From: Nitrososphaerota archaeon
Lineage (GTDB): Archaea; Thermoproteota; Nitrososphaeria; Nitrososphaerales; Nitrosopumilaceae
NCBI GenBank assembly: GCA_016872015.1
Contig: VHBK01000001.1
Span: forward strand, 38,235-102,234
Direction: 5' to 3'
Length of the DNA: 64,000 nucleotides
Position numbers and translations under genes: made by a program. Shown one piece after another: positions 47,648 to 57,831 of this stretch. Positions within the stretch are counted from its first letter, which is position 1. Each line of letters starts with the position of its first letter. A model generated the notes under the pieces. That model ran no database searches, was not told the DNA's origin, and saw nothing but the letters and a program-made list of their open reading frames with translations.

Positions 47648-48928
47648 TTATGGCGATAATCTCTCTGGGTCGCGAGGATACAGCACCACTTCGCGGACAT
47701 TGTCCATTCCAACTAGTACGGCCATCAGTCTGTCGAGGCCCATTCCCCATCCCGAGTGAGGCGGCATGCCCCAGTCAAATGCGCGCAAGTGGTCCTCAAA
47801 TGTTGCAGGGTCCAGTCCTTGCTCTGCAATTCGGGCCTTTAGCGTGGCAGGATCGTGCAGTCTTCTGCCTCCTGATGATAATTCCAAATGCCCAAATTGC
47901 AGGTCAAATGAGCGTGAAATCTTGGGGTCATCATCCCTTGGGTGAATATAGAACGGTTTTAGCGACATAGGCCAGTCAAGCAAAAAGAACAAGCCAGGAT
48001 GTGATTCGCCTACCAGTTTGAGATGCGAGTCAAGCAAATCATCGCCCCACTTCAAGTCAACGCCTTTCTTTGTCAGCTCTTCAATTAACTGTGAATATGT
48101 AATTCTCTCAAATGGCGTCTTTGGCACCTCCAACTTTCGCTCCAGTATTGCAAGCTCTTTTTGGCAGTTTTCAATGACATCGCGGAACACTTGGACAACT
48201 AACTCCTCTAGGATCTGTATTACATCGGTATAGTCCATGAACGCAGCTTCCAGATCAATTGATGTAAATTCAGATAGGTGCCTACCTGTATGGGATTTTT
48301 CCGCCCGATAAAACGAAGCAATCTCAAAGACCCGCTCTAATCCAATAGTCATCTGTTCTTTGTATAGTTGCGGCGATTGCGCAAGGTATGCTTTTTTGCC
48401 AAAATATTCCAATGAAAACAGGTTGGCACCGCCCTCACTTGCGCTGCCGATTATCTTTGGTGTGGTAATCTCGATGAATTTTTTCTCCAGAAATGTCTTT
48501 CGCAGTGACGCCAAAACTGCAGAGCGAATCTTGAAAATGGCGGCCACTCGCTGGTTGCGCAAGTCCAATGCACGGGCATTTAGTCGATTATCAATGTTTG
48601 ATTCCAGTCTGCCGATTGGATCAATCGGTAAAGGATGAACCGCTTTGGTCAAAATGTCAATTGCCTCGGCTTTAATCTCATATGCAAAGTCTCGCGCTTT
48701 GGTTCCTTGGACCACTCCCTGCACCATGATTACTGTCTGGCGCGTCAAATCCTCAGGCAGTGCAATATCTTTGACTATAATTTGTGCCAATCCCGTGACA
48801 TCGCGCACAGTCAAAAAGGACATTTTGCCCAGTTTTCGCAGGTCTTCGACCCAGCCGCCAATTACCACTTGCTTTCCTTCTAGTGATATTGAAATCTGGT
48901 CAATGTCGTAGGTTTTTTTGAACTTCAT
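47648..48928 (-). CDS. aspS: Aspartate--tRNA ligase (archaeal type)
   Basis: OB fold, LAQSPQLYK, FYRAEKS, SSGGRR, PPHSGWGMGLDR. Confidence 0.96.
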   Translation of the reverse strand: MKFKKTYDIDQISISLEGKQVVIGGWVEDLRKLGKMSFLTVRDVTGLAQIIVKDIALPEDLTRQTVIMVQGVVQGTKARDFAYEIKAEAIDILTKAVHPLPIDPIGRLESNIDNRLNARALDLRNQRVAAIFKIRSAVLASLRKTFLEKKFIEITTPKIIGSASEGGANLFSLEYFGKKAYLAQSPQLYKEQMTIGLERVFEIASFYRAEKSHTGRHLSEFTSIDLEAAFMDYTDVIQILEELVVQVFRDVIENCQKELAILERKLEVPKTPFERITYSQLIEELTKKGVDLKWGDDLLDSHLKLVGESHPGLFFLLDWPMSLKPFYIHPRDDDPKISRSFDLQFGHLELSSGGRRLHDPATLKARIAEQGLDPATFEDHLRAFDWGMPPHSGWGMGLDRLMAVLVGMDNVREVVLYPRDPERLSP

Positions 48929-49437
48929 TTCTTTTCCTCAAATTCTATTACAATATCCAGCTGGCGCAGCTCTTTTACAATCTTTGCTACTTGCTCTGTG
49001 TCAATTGGGAATCGACTAGTCCACTTGCCAGAAACAATTACCTTTGTTTTCTGCAGGCCTCCAGGCGCCCAAACAGCATTAATCGATATTAGTTTTGCAG
49101 GAAAAAACAAGTCCTCGATGAATTTTCTGTCAGATGCTTCGGATTCCACAAGCCAGACCTTGCCTGAAAACTCGCCTGAAATTGCGCGATACATTGTGCG
49201 GCTTTTTCTCGTGGCATCAATGTCATGTTTTGATAAATACAATACGTGGTTGAGGCCAACTTGCCTACAGGAATTCATAGAGAACTTTTCTATTTCAGGA
49301 ATGGTCTTGGCAAGATTGGCAAGCTTCATTGATGCATCAACGTCTGCCTGTGTAAGCTGACCCGTCTCTAGCTTGGACTCGCACTGCGGACAAAGCACGG
49401 CATTTTTTGCATCAAAAAGACAGATAGGTACTTGCAA
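48925..49437 (-). CDS. NusA-like (NusA2-type) KH protein with N-terminal Zn site
   Basis: PIC.FD....LCPQCE; degenerate KH C-terminus; overlaps aspS start. Confidence 0.7.
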   Translation of the reverse strand: MQVPICLFDAKNAVLCPQCESKLETGQLTQADVDASMKLANLAKTIPEIEKFSMNSCRQVGLNHVLYLSKHDIDATRKSRTMYRAISGEFSGKVWLVESEASDRKFIEDLFFPAKLISINAVWAPGGLQKTKVIVSGKWTSRFPIDTEQVAKIVKELRQLDIVIEFEEKK

Positions 49438-49496
49438 TATTCCAAGTCAAAAATAAAACAAAGTTAAATGTTGCCCTTGACTCAGATCAACGATCC

Positions 49497-50426
49497 ATGA
49501 GTTTTCTTTCCATACAAAATCTAAACGCCGTCTATCCTATTGAAAAGGGGCCTGTCAGAGCAGTGCAAGATGTCTCGTTTTCCATTGGTCTTGGCGAGTC
49601 CGTAGGTATTGTAGGAGAATCTGCATGCGGCAAAAGCACGCTTGGCCTATCCATAATTAGGACCATTCCAGGCGGCAATATCGATTCAGGCACCATACTG
49701 CTAGACGGCAAATCGATTCTGGAGCTATCCAATGCCGAGTTTGACTCGCAATACCGATGGAAGAAAATATCCATGATATTCCAAGGCGCAATGAACTCAC
49801 TGGACCCAGTATACACAATATCGCAGCAATTCGCAGACATTCAAAAACAGCACCAATCGGTCGACAGGGAAACAATCAAGTCTTTATTATTGCAAGTGGG
49901 CCTAGAAGAATCCATACTATCAAAATATCCACACGAGCTCTCTGGCGGAATGAAGCAGAGAATAGTAATAGCAATGGCATTACTACTCAAGCCAAAACTA
50001 GTCATTGCTGATGAGCCAACAACTGCGCTGGACGTCCTAGTACAATCCCAAATCCTGAATTTATTCAAGTCGCTAAAAAAGCAAGGGGTATCATTTGTGG
50101 TAATATCGCATGATTTAGCAGTAATATCGGAGGTGTGTGAAAAAATTGGAATCATGTATGCAGGCCAGATGGTGGAATTTGGCACGGCACAACAAATTCT
50201 GCAAACCCCCAAACATCCATACACGCAAGCACTAATCAAATCCATTCCAAGATTGCACGATTCGCAAAAACCACAATACATTACAGGCTCCCCACCAAAT
50301 CTCATAGACCCAAAGCCAGGATGCCGATTCGCATCAAGATGTATTCATGTCATGGACAAGTGTGCCCAGGACCCAAAATACACAAAGACAGAGTCAGGAT
50401 ACGTGCAGTGCTGGCTCTACGAATAA
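49497..50426 (+). CDS. Oligo/dipeptide ABC transporter ATP-binding protein (orphan)
   Basis: GESACGKS, YPHELSGGMKQR, ADEPTTALD, HPYT, GCRFASRC. Confidence 0.93.
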   Translation: MSFLSIQNLNAVYPIEKGPVRAVQDVSFSIGLGESVGIVGESACGKSTLGLSIIRTIPGGNIDSGTILLDGKSILELSNAEFDSQYRWKKISMIFQGAMNSLDPVYTISQQFADIQKQHQSVDRETIKSLLLQVGLEESILSKYPHELSGGMKQRIVIAMALLLKPKLVIADEPTTALDVLVQSQILNLFKSLKKQGVSFVVISHDLAVISEVCEKIGIMYAGQMVEFGTAQQILQTPKHPYTQALIKSIPRLHDSQKPQYITGSPPNLIDPKPGCRFASRCIHVMDKCAQDPKYTKTESGYVQCWLYE

Positions 50427-50791
50427 TTTTTCACAATAGGAAAACACGCGTCAATAATTCGAAGCATCTCTGAGCGGATTACCTTTTTGTCAATGGATAC
50501 CCAGACTCGATGCTTTCCCACCGCGAACGATATTGTCTGAACCTTTTTGCGCTCTTCCCACACGAACTGGACCTCGCCCAGGCTCTTGTCGAACTTTGCC
50601 TCCATGTCTGTTTTTATCGCAATGTGTGCAAACTGGTTCTTAGTAGCAGTAGAGTCCAAAAGTGGAGTCATGTTGTCTCTTCTCTTGTATGCTAATAATT
50701 CGCCGTTGGTGCTAATTACTCCAACAAATCGAATGTACGGGCTAATCAGAGAAATCCTATTGCAGATTTCTTCCAGCTTTTTTGTAGCCAT
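50417..50791 (-). CDS. DUF6659-like roadblock/profilin-like protein
   Basis: IRFVGVIS..GELLAY.RR...PLL...FDKSLGEV. Confidence 0.75.
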   Translation of the reverse strand: MATKKLEEICNRISLISPYIRFVGVISTNGELLAYKRRDNMTPLLDSTATKNQFAHIAIKTDMEAKFDKSLGEVQFVWEERKKVQTISFAVGKHRVWVSIDKKVIRSEMLRIIDACFPIVKNYS

Positions 50792-50870
50792 TTTCTGTTT
50801 GTATCAAATTATTCTATTTTAAGCTCGTGGTGGTATAATGGCTTAATAATCATCTGGCGTTTCCAAGTTC

Positions 50871-51500
50871 GTGGATTTATCCGCTATTTTCCCATTTACC
50901 GATGAAATCGGATATTTGGGATTGGCACTGGTTAGCTTTTTTGGCTCACTAATTCCATTTGTACCGCTACCATCTTTCATATTATTGGCTACAATGTCTG
51001 CAGGCGACAAGTTCAACATTCACTATTTGGTGTTTATTGCAGCAATAACATCAACTGTGGCAAAGCAGATAATATTTCTGATATCATACGAAGGAAGGCG
51101 AATCATCACAGAAAAGACAAGAAAAAGAATGAAGCCCTTTGAGAGACTAGTAAAAAGATATGGAGCAGCTGCCGCATTTGTAGCTGCTGCCACGCCAATT
51201 CCTGATGACCTAATCTACATACCACTAGGCCTTGCAAGGTATAATCCCCTGAGATTTTTCATCTCTACTCTGGTTGGCAAAATTGTCCTATGCTATGTTA
51301 TAGTGCTGGTATCGCATTATTTTGGAATAAACTATGTCGACCCGTTCCTAGAGAATATAGAGGATCCAACCATCATCTATGTCGGATTTGCAATATTTGT
51401 AGCCGTAACCACGGGCTCTGTACTGTTGGTTTTGCGCCTAAACTGGGAGAAAATCTTGGGTAGATTTGCCCCATGGACTGTACAAAAAGACGATGACTAG
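50871..51500 (+). CDS. DedA/VTT-family membrane protein
   Basis: IPFVPLP...YG......AAATPIPDD...G..RY. Confidence 0.88.
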   Translation: MDLSAIFPFTDEIGYLGLALVSFFGSLIPFVPLPSFILLATMSAGDKFNIHYLVFIAAITSTVAKQIIFLISYEGRRIITEKTRKRMKPFERLVKRYGAAAAFVAAATPIPDDLIYIPLGLARYNPLRFFISTLVGKIVLCYVIVLVSHYFGINYVDPFLENIEDPTIIYVGFAIFVAVTTGSVLLVLRLNWEKILGRFAPWTVQKDDD

Positions 51501-52045
51501 ATTCTAAAATTCCATTTTTTGTCCAAGCCGAGTCGTATTCCTATTCTTGGTGCTGAAATTATTCTATCAGGTGTGATTCCCTCTGTAATGTATAATGATG
51601 CTGATCTTACCAAGTCTTCGCCGTATTGCTTTTTTGTAATGTCTAGCGCTATTGTCAGCTTGCCCGGCCCACTAGTCAGATTTGCCAGCTTGTCAGTCTT
51701 TCGGTTTTTTATCATGGCGTCAATTCCTGATTTTGGCTGCAGTGCGCGAATTAGGACTGCGCCTGCTCGATGTTTTTGGTTTCTTGCCACAACATTAACA
51801 CAATGATACATTCCATATGTGAAATACACATAGGCACATCCGACATTTCCAAACATTGCCTGGTTTCGAGGTGTGATTCCTTTATGCGCATGGCTTGCAG
51901 GGTCATCTGATTGTCGATAGGCCTCCGTCTCTGTTATTATGCCCGATATTGTGGTTTTTCCTATTTTGCGCACCAGGATTTTGCCTAGTAGATTTCGTGC
52001 TACATCTACAGTGTCTTGCTCGTAGAATTCCCGTGGCAGTCTCAT
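51497..52045 (-). CDS. mpg: 3-methyladenine DNA glycosylase (AAG/MPG)
   Basis: LLGKILV, ITETEAY, YVYFTYGMY, AVLIRA, GPGKL, PRIGI. Confidence 0.95.
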   Translation of the reverse strand: MRLPREFYEQDTVDVARNLLGKILVRKIGKTTISGIITETEAYRQSDDPASHAHKGITPRNQAMFGNVGCAYVYFTYGMYHCVNVVARNQKHRAGAVLIRALQPKSGIDAMIKNRKTDKLANLTSGPGKLTIALDITKKQYGEDLVRSASLYITEGITPDRIISAPRIGIRLGLDKKWNFRI

Positions 52046-52581
52046 TTTACTAGTCTTGCAAGTGTCGCAATGTCTGACTCAAATATTGCTGCTAGCTCTT
52101 GATTGTAAATTATCGCTGCTGGATGAAATGTAAGAAAATACTTTTTGCCGTCTTTTTCTATTATTTTGCCCCTGTTCTTTGTAATTTCTCTCTGACCCAA
52201 GACAGAGTTGCTTGCGGTGTTTCCCAAAACGCAGATTATCTCCGGCTTTATTGCATCTAGTTCTGCATCCAGGTATGGCCTACATGATTCTCGTTCAGAT
52301 TCATTTGGAACGCGGTTGTTTGGTGGGCGGCACTTGACCACATTTGTAATGTACACAGAATCGCGCAAAATCCCATTTTTTGCAAGCGCATCGGAGAGTT
52401 TCTTTCCTGCCGAGCCCACAAATGGCTCACCTCGAACATCTTCTGTTCTGCCCGGTGCCTCGCCAATAAAGACAATTTTGGCATTCGGGTTTCCTTTTCC
52501 CGGCACTGCATTGGTGCGAGTTTTGCACAATTCACATTTCGTACAGGATGTAACTTGGCCTCTAAGCTCAGATATGCTCAT
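52042..52581 (-). CDS. udg: Family 4 uracil-DNA glycosylase (4Fe-4S)
   Basis: CTKCELC, GEAPG, NVVKCRPP.NR, C, HPAA. Confidence 0.95.
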   Translation of the reverse strand: MSISELRGQVTSCTKCELCKTRTNAVPGKGNPNAKIVFIGEAPGRTEDVRGEPFVGSAGKKLSDALAKNGILRDSVYITNVVKCRPPNNRVPNESERESCRPYLDAELDAIKPEIICVLGNTASNSVLGQREITKNRGKIIEKDGKKYFLTFHPAAIIYNQELAAIFESDIATLARLVK

Positions 52582-53951
52582 CCTGCACTCCTAATTGTTG
52601 CAACACCGCGTATTGTAGGTCCGCCGTTTCCCATCTTCAATTGTTGCATTGGATCGCCTTTTCCGCAGTTTGTAATTGGGCGCACAGTAAAGTCATTACC
52701 ACAGACGTCAATTGATGAGAAAAATTCCGGAGCAGTTCCAACTATTATGACATCGCGCAACAATTCCTTTACCTCGCCGTTTTCTATTCTGTTTGCATAT
52801 TGAGCAGAGATGCTCCAATTGTGGCGCTTCATGTCTATTGATGGTACCTTCATGTTTGATACCAAGTATCCATGTTTTACGTCTTTGATTATTTCTTGGG
52901 GATTCCAATTTCCGGGCTCTATGCAAGTACAAGACATTCTAATCAATGGCATAAACTGGTATGACGTTGCACGCATAGAGCCAGTTGGTTCCACTCTAAA
53001 AATCTCGGCAGTCTCTCTGCTGTGCATGTGGCTTACCAGAGTGCCGTTTTCAACTAGTCTTGTTCTTTTGGTCTCTACTCCCTCGTCATCAAACGCAAAC
53101 TGACCAAGGCTTGCAATTGTAGGATCATCAATTACATTTAGCGCATCAGAGCCTATTTTTTGTCCTAGTTTTCCTGCCCACCATGCGCCTCCTGCCCAAG
53201 CCATTTCTTTTCCAAGGACTCTGTCTGCCTCTGATGGATGACCAAGAATTTCATGCGTAAGAAGCGCAACAAAGTCGGGATTCATCACAAGTGTTGCCTT
53301 TTCTTCTTTTGGTGCTCTGGCGTCTAAGATCTGGACTGCTTTATCTGATATTTCCTTTGCAGATTTTGCAGCATCACTGATCTTTTCAAGACCGCCGCGT
53401 CCGCCTTCAGTAATGTTAACTGATTGTGTTATTCCGTATCGTGCAGTAGCAGTCAGGTCTATTGTACAATCCATATAGTTTTGAGTAATTATGGTCCCTT
53501 CACTGTTTTCAAAATTCTTTTCAGTGTGAACCGATTGCGCAAAGACGTACCTTTTTGTAACTTTCTTGTTTTCCTTCATTATGTTATCACATTCGAATGC
53601 CAATTTCGCCAGGTCTTCGATTTCAGGTTTTTTGATAATTGCAAAAGTCATTGTTTTTTTGTTTGCAGGTATGCTTGCAAGTCTTACCTTGAGTTTTTTT
53701 GATGTGGCTTTTGCTGCCCTTATGGCAGATAATACCCCGTCATTGATTTTTCCTTCATTGGTTGTGGCAAAAAACCCCCACGCACCGTCATACAACACCC
53801 GAACTCCTATTCCTTTATCAAATCGGCTCTGGGCTTGTTCCTGCTGACCGTTTTCTAATAAAACTCCCCGCCTTTTGCTCCACTCTGATCTGACATCACA
53901 ATATGTGGCGCCTTGTTCTAGCGCAATTTTGATTGCCTTGTTGCATTCCAC
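52578..53951 (-). CDS. tldD: TldD/PmbA family metalloprotease
   Basis: GIGVRV, HEILGHPSEAD, FDDEG, CGK. Confidence 0.92.
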   Translation of the reverse strand: MECNKAIKIALEQGATYCDVRSEWSKRRGVLLENGQQEQAQSRFDKGIGVRVLYDGAWGFFATTNEGKINDGVLSAIRAAKATSKKLKVRLASIPANKKTMTFAIIKKPEIEDLAKLAFECDNIMKENKKVTKRYVFAQSVHTEKNFENSEGTIITQNYMDCTIDLTATARYGITQSVNITEGGRGGLEKISDAAKSAKEISDKAVQILDARAPKEEKATLVMNPDFVALLTHEILGHPSEADRVLGKEMAWAGGAWWAGKLGQKIGSDALNVIDDPTIASLGQFAFDDEGVETKRTRLVENGTLVSHMHSRETAEIFRVEPTGSMRATSYQFMPLIRMSCTCIEPGNWNPQEIIKDVKHGYLVSNMKVPSIDMKRHNWSISAQYANRIENGEVKELLRDVIIVGTAPEFFSSIDVCGNDFTVRPITNCGKGDPMQQLKMGNGGPTIRGVATIRSAG

Positions 53952-53976
53952 AATTTTTCAGAGTTATTGCTTATTG

Positions 53977-54108
53977 TTAATTGTTGCCTGAAATGATTGG
54001 CATTGTGTAATAATATTCGTCTTCAAATGCGTCGTCGTTTCTGCCTGATTTTCGCAATGCCATAAAATACTCGTTACATGTGGCATAAAATTCAGTGTTC
54101 TTGTCCAT
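53977..54108 (-). CDS. 43-aa hypothetical protein, not in ORF track
   Basis: MDKNTEFYATCNEYFMALRKSGRNDDAFEDEYYYTMPIISGNN. Confidence 0.6.
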   Translation of the reverse strand: MDKNTEFYATCNEYFMALRKSGRNDDAFEDEYYYTMPIISGNN

Positions 54109-54167
54109 ATGGCGTGATGATGGATTTTGGATATTTTGGGATGTGTTGAAAAGTTTTGATTATTTGA

Positions 54168-56032
54168 TCACACTGCGCCTCTATGATCCGACTTTGGAAG
54201 CGAAAACGTGACTGTGGTCCCAGAGTCAGGCGTGCTTTGCAGGCTGATTTTGCCACCGTGGGCCTCTACGATTCCTTTGCATATTGAGAGGCCTAGTCCG
54301 CTTCCGCCCTTTTCCCTAGTGAGAGATGCATCTGCCTGGTAAAACTTGGTGAAAAGCTTGGACTGTTTGTCATATGGGATTCCAATACCATTATCTGAGA
54401 TGATAATTTTGAGCTCAGCTGGAGAATCTTCGGAATAAATTCGAATTTTGCCTGTGCCTGGCTTGACTGCCTTGAGGCTGTTTCGAATCAGGTTTGTTAA
54501 AACTTGCGTGATTCTATCAGAATCATGAGGTGCCACAATGCTTGCTACTTCATTTATTATTGTTATTCCATCCTCTTCTATCTGAGGCTGTAGTGTTTGA
54601 ATTGACCTGTCCGCAGTAGCTCGTATGTCTGTATTTTCTTTTTTCATCTTGAGCTGCCCCAGTTCTAGTTTTTGCACATCTAACAAGTCTGAAATCAACT
54701 GCAACAAAGATGATGCACTGGACTTGATAATTGAGATTCGTTCCTTTTGTTTTTCTGTTAGGCCTAGTGGCCTCCAAGCAAAATGTCCGCATATCCGCGA
54801 ATTGGCACAAGCGGCGTTTTTAGCTCATGTGTAATCATTGCCAAGAATTCGTCTTTGGCAGTATCCATTTTCCTTGCCTCTTCTTCTTTTACGCGGATTG
54901 TCTCTGACATGGTGTTAAAGCTAGATGCAAGATCTCCGATTTCGTCTTTGCCAGCGTATTCTATTTTTTGACCATAAACTCCCTCTCTGACTCTGGCAAG
55001 TGCATGTGTGATGGTCTCAAGTGGGCTAAGTGACCTTCGTATTGTAAACAACACAATGACAAATATTGCAATGTCTATTCCAATTACTGCTTGTGTGATT
55101 ATCTGGCCTTGGTCCCTTCTCTCAATTCTGTCCGCATTCCACATGTCTAGCATCGAGTCAATTGAGCCCAAAAGCGTCTGTCTTTGGTTGTTAATTCGAG
55201 CAATTGGGTTATCAAGCTCATCCGAATAGAGAGATTTTGTCTCTATTGTCTTTACTCGCAGTTCTACTGCCTCCCACAACAAGTCTAACTCTTCAAGCGA
55301 GTTCGAGTTTTCTCTTGGAATTGGTATTATCTCTTCTGATCTTATGTTTGTACCACTCAAATCAAGATCATCTAGAGGTAATTGAAGCAGTTTTCTAATT
55401 CCTGCATCAAATGTTATTCTTGCCTTGTGCAGGTTTTCTTTTGCTTCCTGTTCTTGCCCTAATGATACCAGTAATGCATTTTGCCCTATTGTTTTGGCAG
55501 TCTCACGTAGTTCTGCCGCAATCTCTTTGTGTCTGTTATAATTCCTATCCAGTAACTCCAAGTCACGTGTTAGGCCATCTGATACTAAAATCAGCTCAGT
55601 GTTTTTTTCTAGGACGTAATTTACTGCATTTACAACATCCTTGTTGTATAGTGATGTTGCCTGGATCTCTGCCGCATCTGCTCGATACTCCTTCCAAATT
55701 TTGGCCACTTCATCATAATCATGTACTATGTCTGCAGGTATTGGAGCAACTACCTGTCCCTTTATCGTACCGCCTGTTTTTAGTGTGGATAACACCGAAT
55801 CAAAGTCTGTTATTTCTTTTTCAAGTACAGGCCTATCACTTTCTTTGCCGTTTGCGATGGAGCTTGTCAGGACTGCAATTGTTTCTACTTTGGCCTTGAG
55901 GTCTCCCGCACGAATAATGGAATAGGATTCGTTTGCAGTTGTGGTTTGCGTGTTATACAACACAAATAGGTTAAAGAGAGCAACGCCGATTAAAACCCCG
56001 ATTAGCAGGTATGTCTTGCTAATTATCTTCAA
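54168..56032 (-). pseudogene. HAMP sensor histidine kinase split by a 1-nt frameshift at about 54767
   Basis: TM-sensor-TM-HAMP-ITHELKTPL..LLGGH stop; adjacent frame continues LGLTEKQKER...HATPase (NLIRNS, DNGIG, GSGLGL). Confidence 0.85.
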
Positions 56033-56087
56033 TGAACTACCTGACCTCTAATATGGTATAAAAACCACGATTAAAATATTGTTAGTG

Positions 56088-56445
56088 ATGTCTGAAGAAT
56101 TCTTACGCGTAGCACGACAAGAGGTAAGCGAAGATATTGCCGAAATTGGTAATTTACTTCAAAGATGTAGTACTGATTCGGATGTTACAAAAAATGCATC
56201 AGAAATAGAAAAACACATCCACAAAATAAAGGGCCTTGCACCAATGATGGGCCAAGAGCAAATAGGCAACATTGCAACACTCTTATAAAATCCTCAAAAC
56301 AATGCTCTCAGGCAATCCAATACCACAAATACATCAAACTATGGTGCAATCGCACAAATTCATGCAAAGTGCAATGGGTGGCAACTCTGATGGCTATGAT
56401 TCCCTAGTGTCGCAGATCCAAGCGACACACAAAGATTTGATTTAA
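56088..56445 (+). pseudogene. HPt phosphotransfer protein, frameshifted at about 56286
   Basis: HKIKGLAPMMG H-box; stop 56286-88; frame from 56287 continues KILKTMLSG...KDLI. Confidence 0.7.
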
Positions 56446-56485
56446 TCGAAATTCTCTTAAGCTATGGTATTGTGATTTGGTTAGA

Positions 56486-56845
56486 ATGGCTCGAGTTATG
56501 ATAGCAGACGATTCTGATGCTATACGAATGGTACTACAAGATATTTTGTCCATTGGCGGGCATGAAATTGTGGCCGAGGCACAAAATGGGGCAGAGGCAG
56601 TGGAAAAATATCCGCAGGCAAACCCCGATGTATTATTATTGGATCTAGCAATGCCAAAAAAGGACGGCCTAACAGTAGTAAAAGAAGTAATGGCAAACCA
56701 TCCCAATGCAAAAATCATCTTAATTACTGCAAGTGACAATCAAAACGTGATTAATGACTGCATAAAGCATGGTGCCAAGTCGTTTATCTCAAAGCCGTTT
56801 GACTTTGATCACGTTCTAAAACTAATTGCCGAAGTAACTGCCTAG
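56486..56845 (+). CDS. CheY-like stand-alone response regulator
   Basis: IADD, LLDLAMP, ITA, KPF. Confidence 0.95.
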   Translation: MARVMIADDSDAIRMVLQDILSIGGHEIVAEAQNGAEAVEKYPQANPDVLLLDLAMPKKDGLTVVKEVMANHPNAKIILITASDNQNVINDCIKHGAKSFISKPFDFDHVLKLIAEVTA

Positions 56846-57753
56846 CGAGCCCAACTATACCCCTTGCTTGTCAAAAGCTTGGCATGGTCCAGCTTGAACT
56901 TGTCGTTGCATCGAAGGCACAGATATTCCAATAATATCTCGGCAAATATCTCGTCACATCCATTACACGAATACATGTTTTCCTGAACTCTATAATCGAC
57001 GCCAAAAACTTTGATCAGTTCGTGACATTTGGGGCATTTGTCATCTGTGTATGTGGCAGAGGAGGTAACATTTCCGCACTTGTAGTGCTCTATGATTTTG
57101 TCTTGCTTAAAGTTGGTACCGCGACATTTTGGACAGTGAAATGTCTGCGCCACTCGCACAGAACTACATCTAGGACACGCAACCTCCTTTATGTCATCTA
57201 TTTGCAGTATCTTTTTGTCCGCAGCCAGTTTTTTTACTATCTGCATAACTTCTTGTTCTTCTTTTCCTGTTTGCTGTTGGATTCTCAAAAGGCTGATCTG
57301 AGTCGAGTTTGAGAGCAATTTTTCAACTAGCTCACTTGTCCCCTCATCGACACTCTGGGTTTCTTCAATTTTGAGTGTCTCTATTATTTCCTTTATTTTT
57401 TCTAGCCTGATTGGCTTTGGAATGTATTGGTATGCGCCTTGGGCAATCACATCTTTGATAGAGTCTTCAGTTTTTTCACGTGCTGTTTCTATAATTATTT
57501 TAACATCAGGCCTCATGGTGAGCATCTGTGTCATAATGGAATATCCAGTCATGTCTGGTAGGTTGTAATCCAGAAAAACCAGCGGGACCTTGTTTGATTC
57601 TACTAGCTCCTTAAATGACTCTATTCCGGTTTTACCGTTTTGACAATGATGGATTTTTTTGAGTCCTAATTTATTTAGAAATTCTCTGAGCAAAATGCCG
57701 ACGGCCGGACTGTCTTCTACAATCAAAACATCCTTTTCTTCAATTGCCGACAT
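56842..57753 (-). CDS. Response regulator with C-terminal multi-CxxC output domain (TackOD1-like)
   Basis: VEDS, FLDYNLP, KPI receiver; CPRC/CPKC/H..C/CPKC/CNGC/CLRC; start reset to ATG 57753. Confidence 0.85.
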   Translation of the reverse strand: MSAIEEKDVLIVEDSPAVGILLREFLNKLGLKKIHHCQNGKTGIESFKELVESNKVPLVFLDYNLPDMTGYSIMTQMLTMRPDVKIIIETAREKTEDSIKDVIAQGAYQYIPKPIRLEKIKEIIETLKIEETQSVDEGTSELVEKLLSNSTQISLLRIQQQTGKEEQEVMQIVKKLAADKKILQIDDIKEVACPRCSSVRVAQTFHCPKCRGTNFKQDKIIEHYKCGNVTSSATYTDDKCPKCHELIKVFGVDYRVQENMYSCNGCDEIFAEILLEYLCLRCNDKFKLDHAKLLTSKGYSWAR

Positions 57754-57831
57754 TGTTTTTTTGATTTCTATCTGGTATGAAAAGTTTAGTTTGTAGTTAT
57801 GGTTAATAGTGCCAAACTGCCTTGAGGACTT

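Noticed and set aside
47505-47750. 81-aa minus-strand ORF after aspS
   Set aside because: Overlaps aspS out of frame and has no coding signature.
54750-54790. Histidine-kinase frameshift as a second intron
   Set aside because: No BHB found; removing 17 nt or more would delete needed HisKA residues, while a single missing C explains it.
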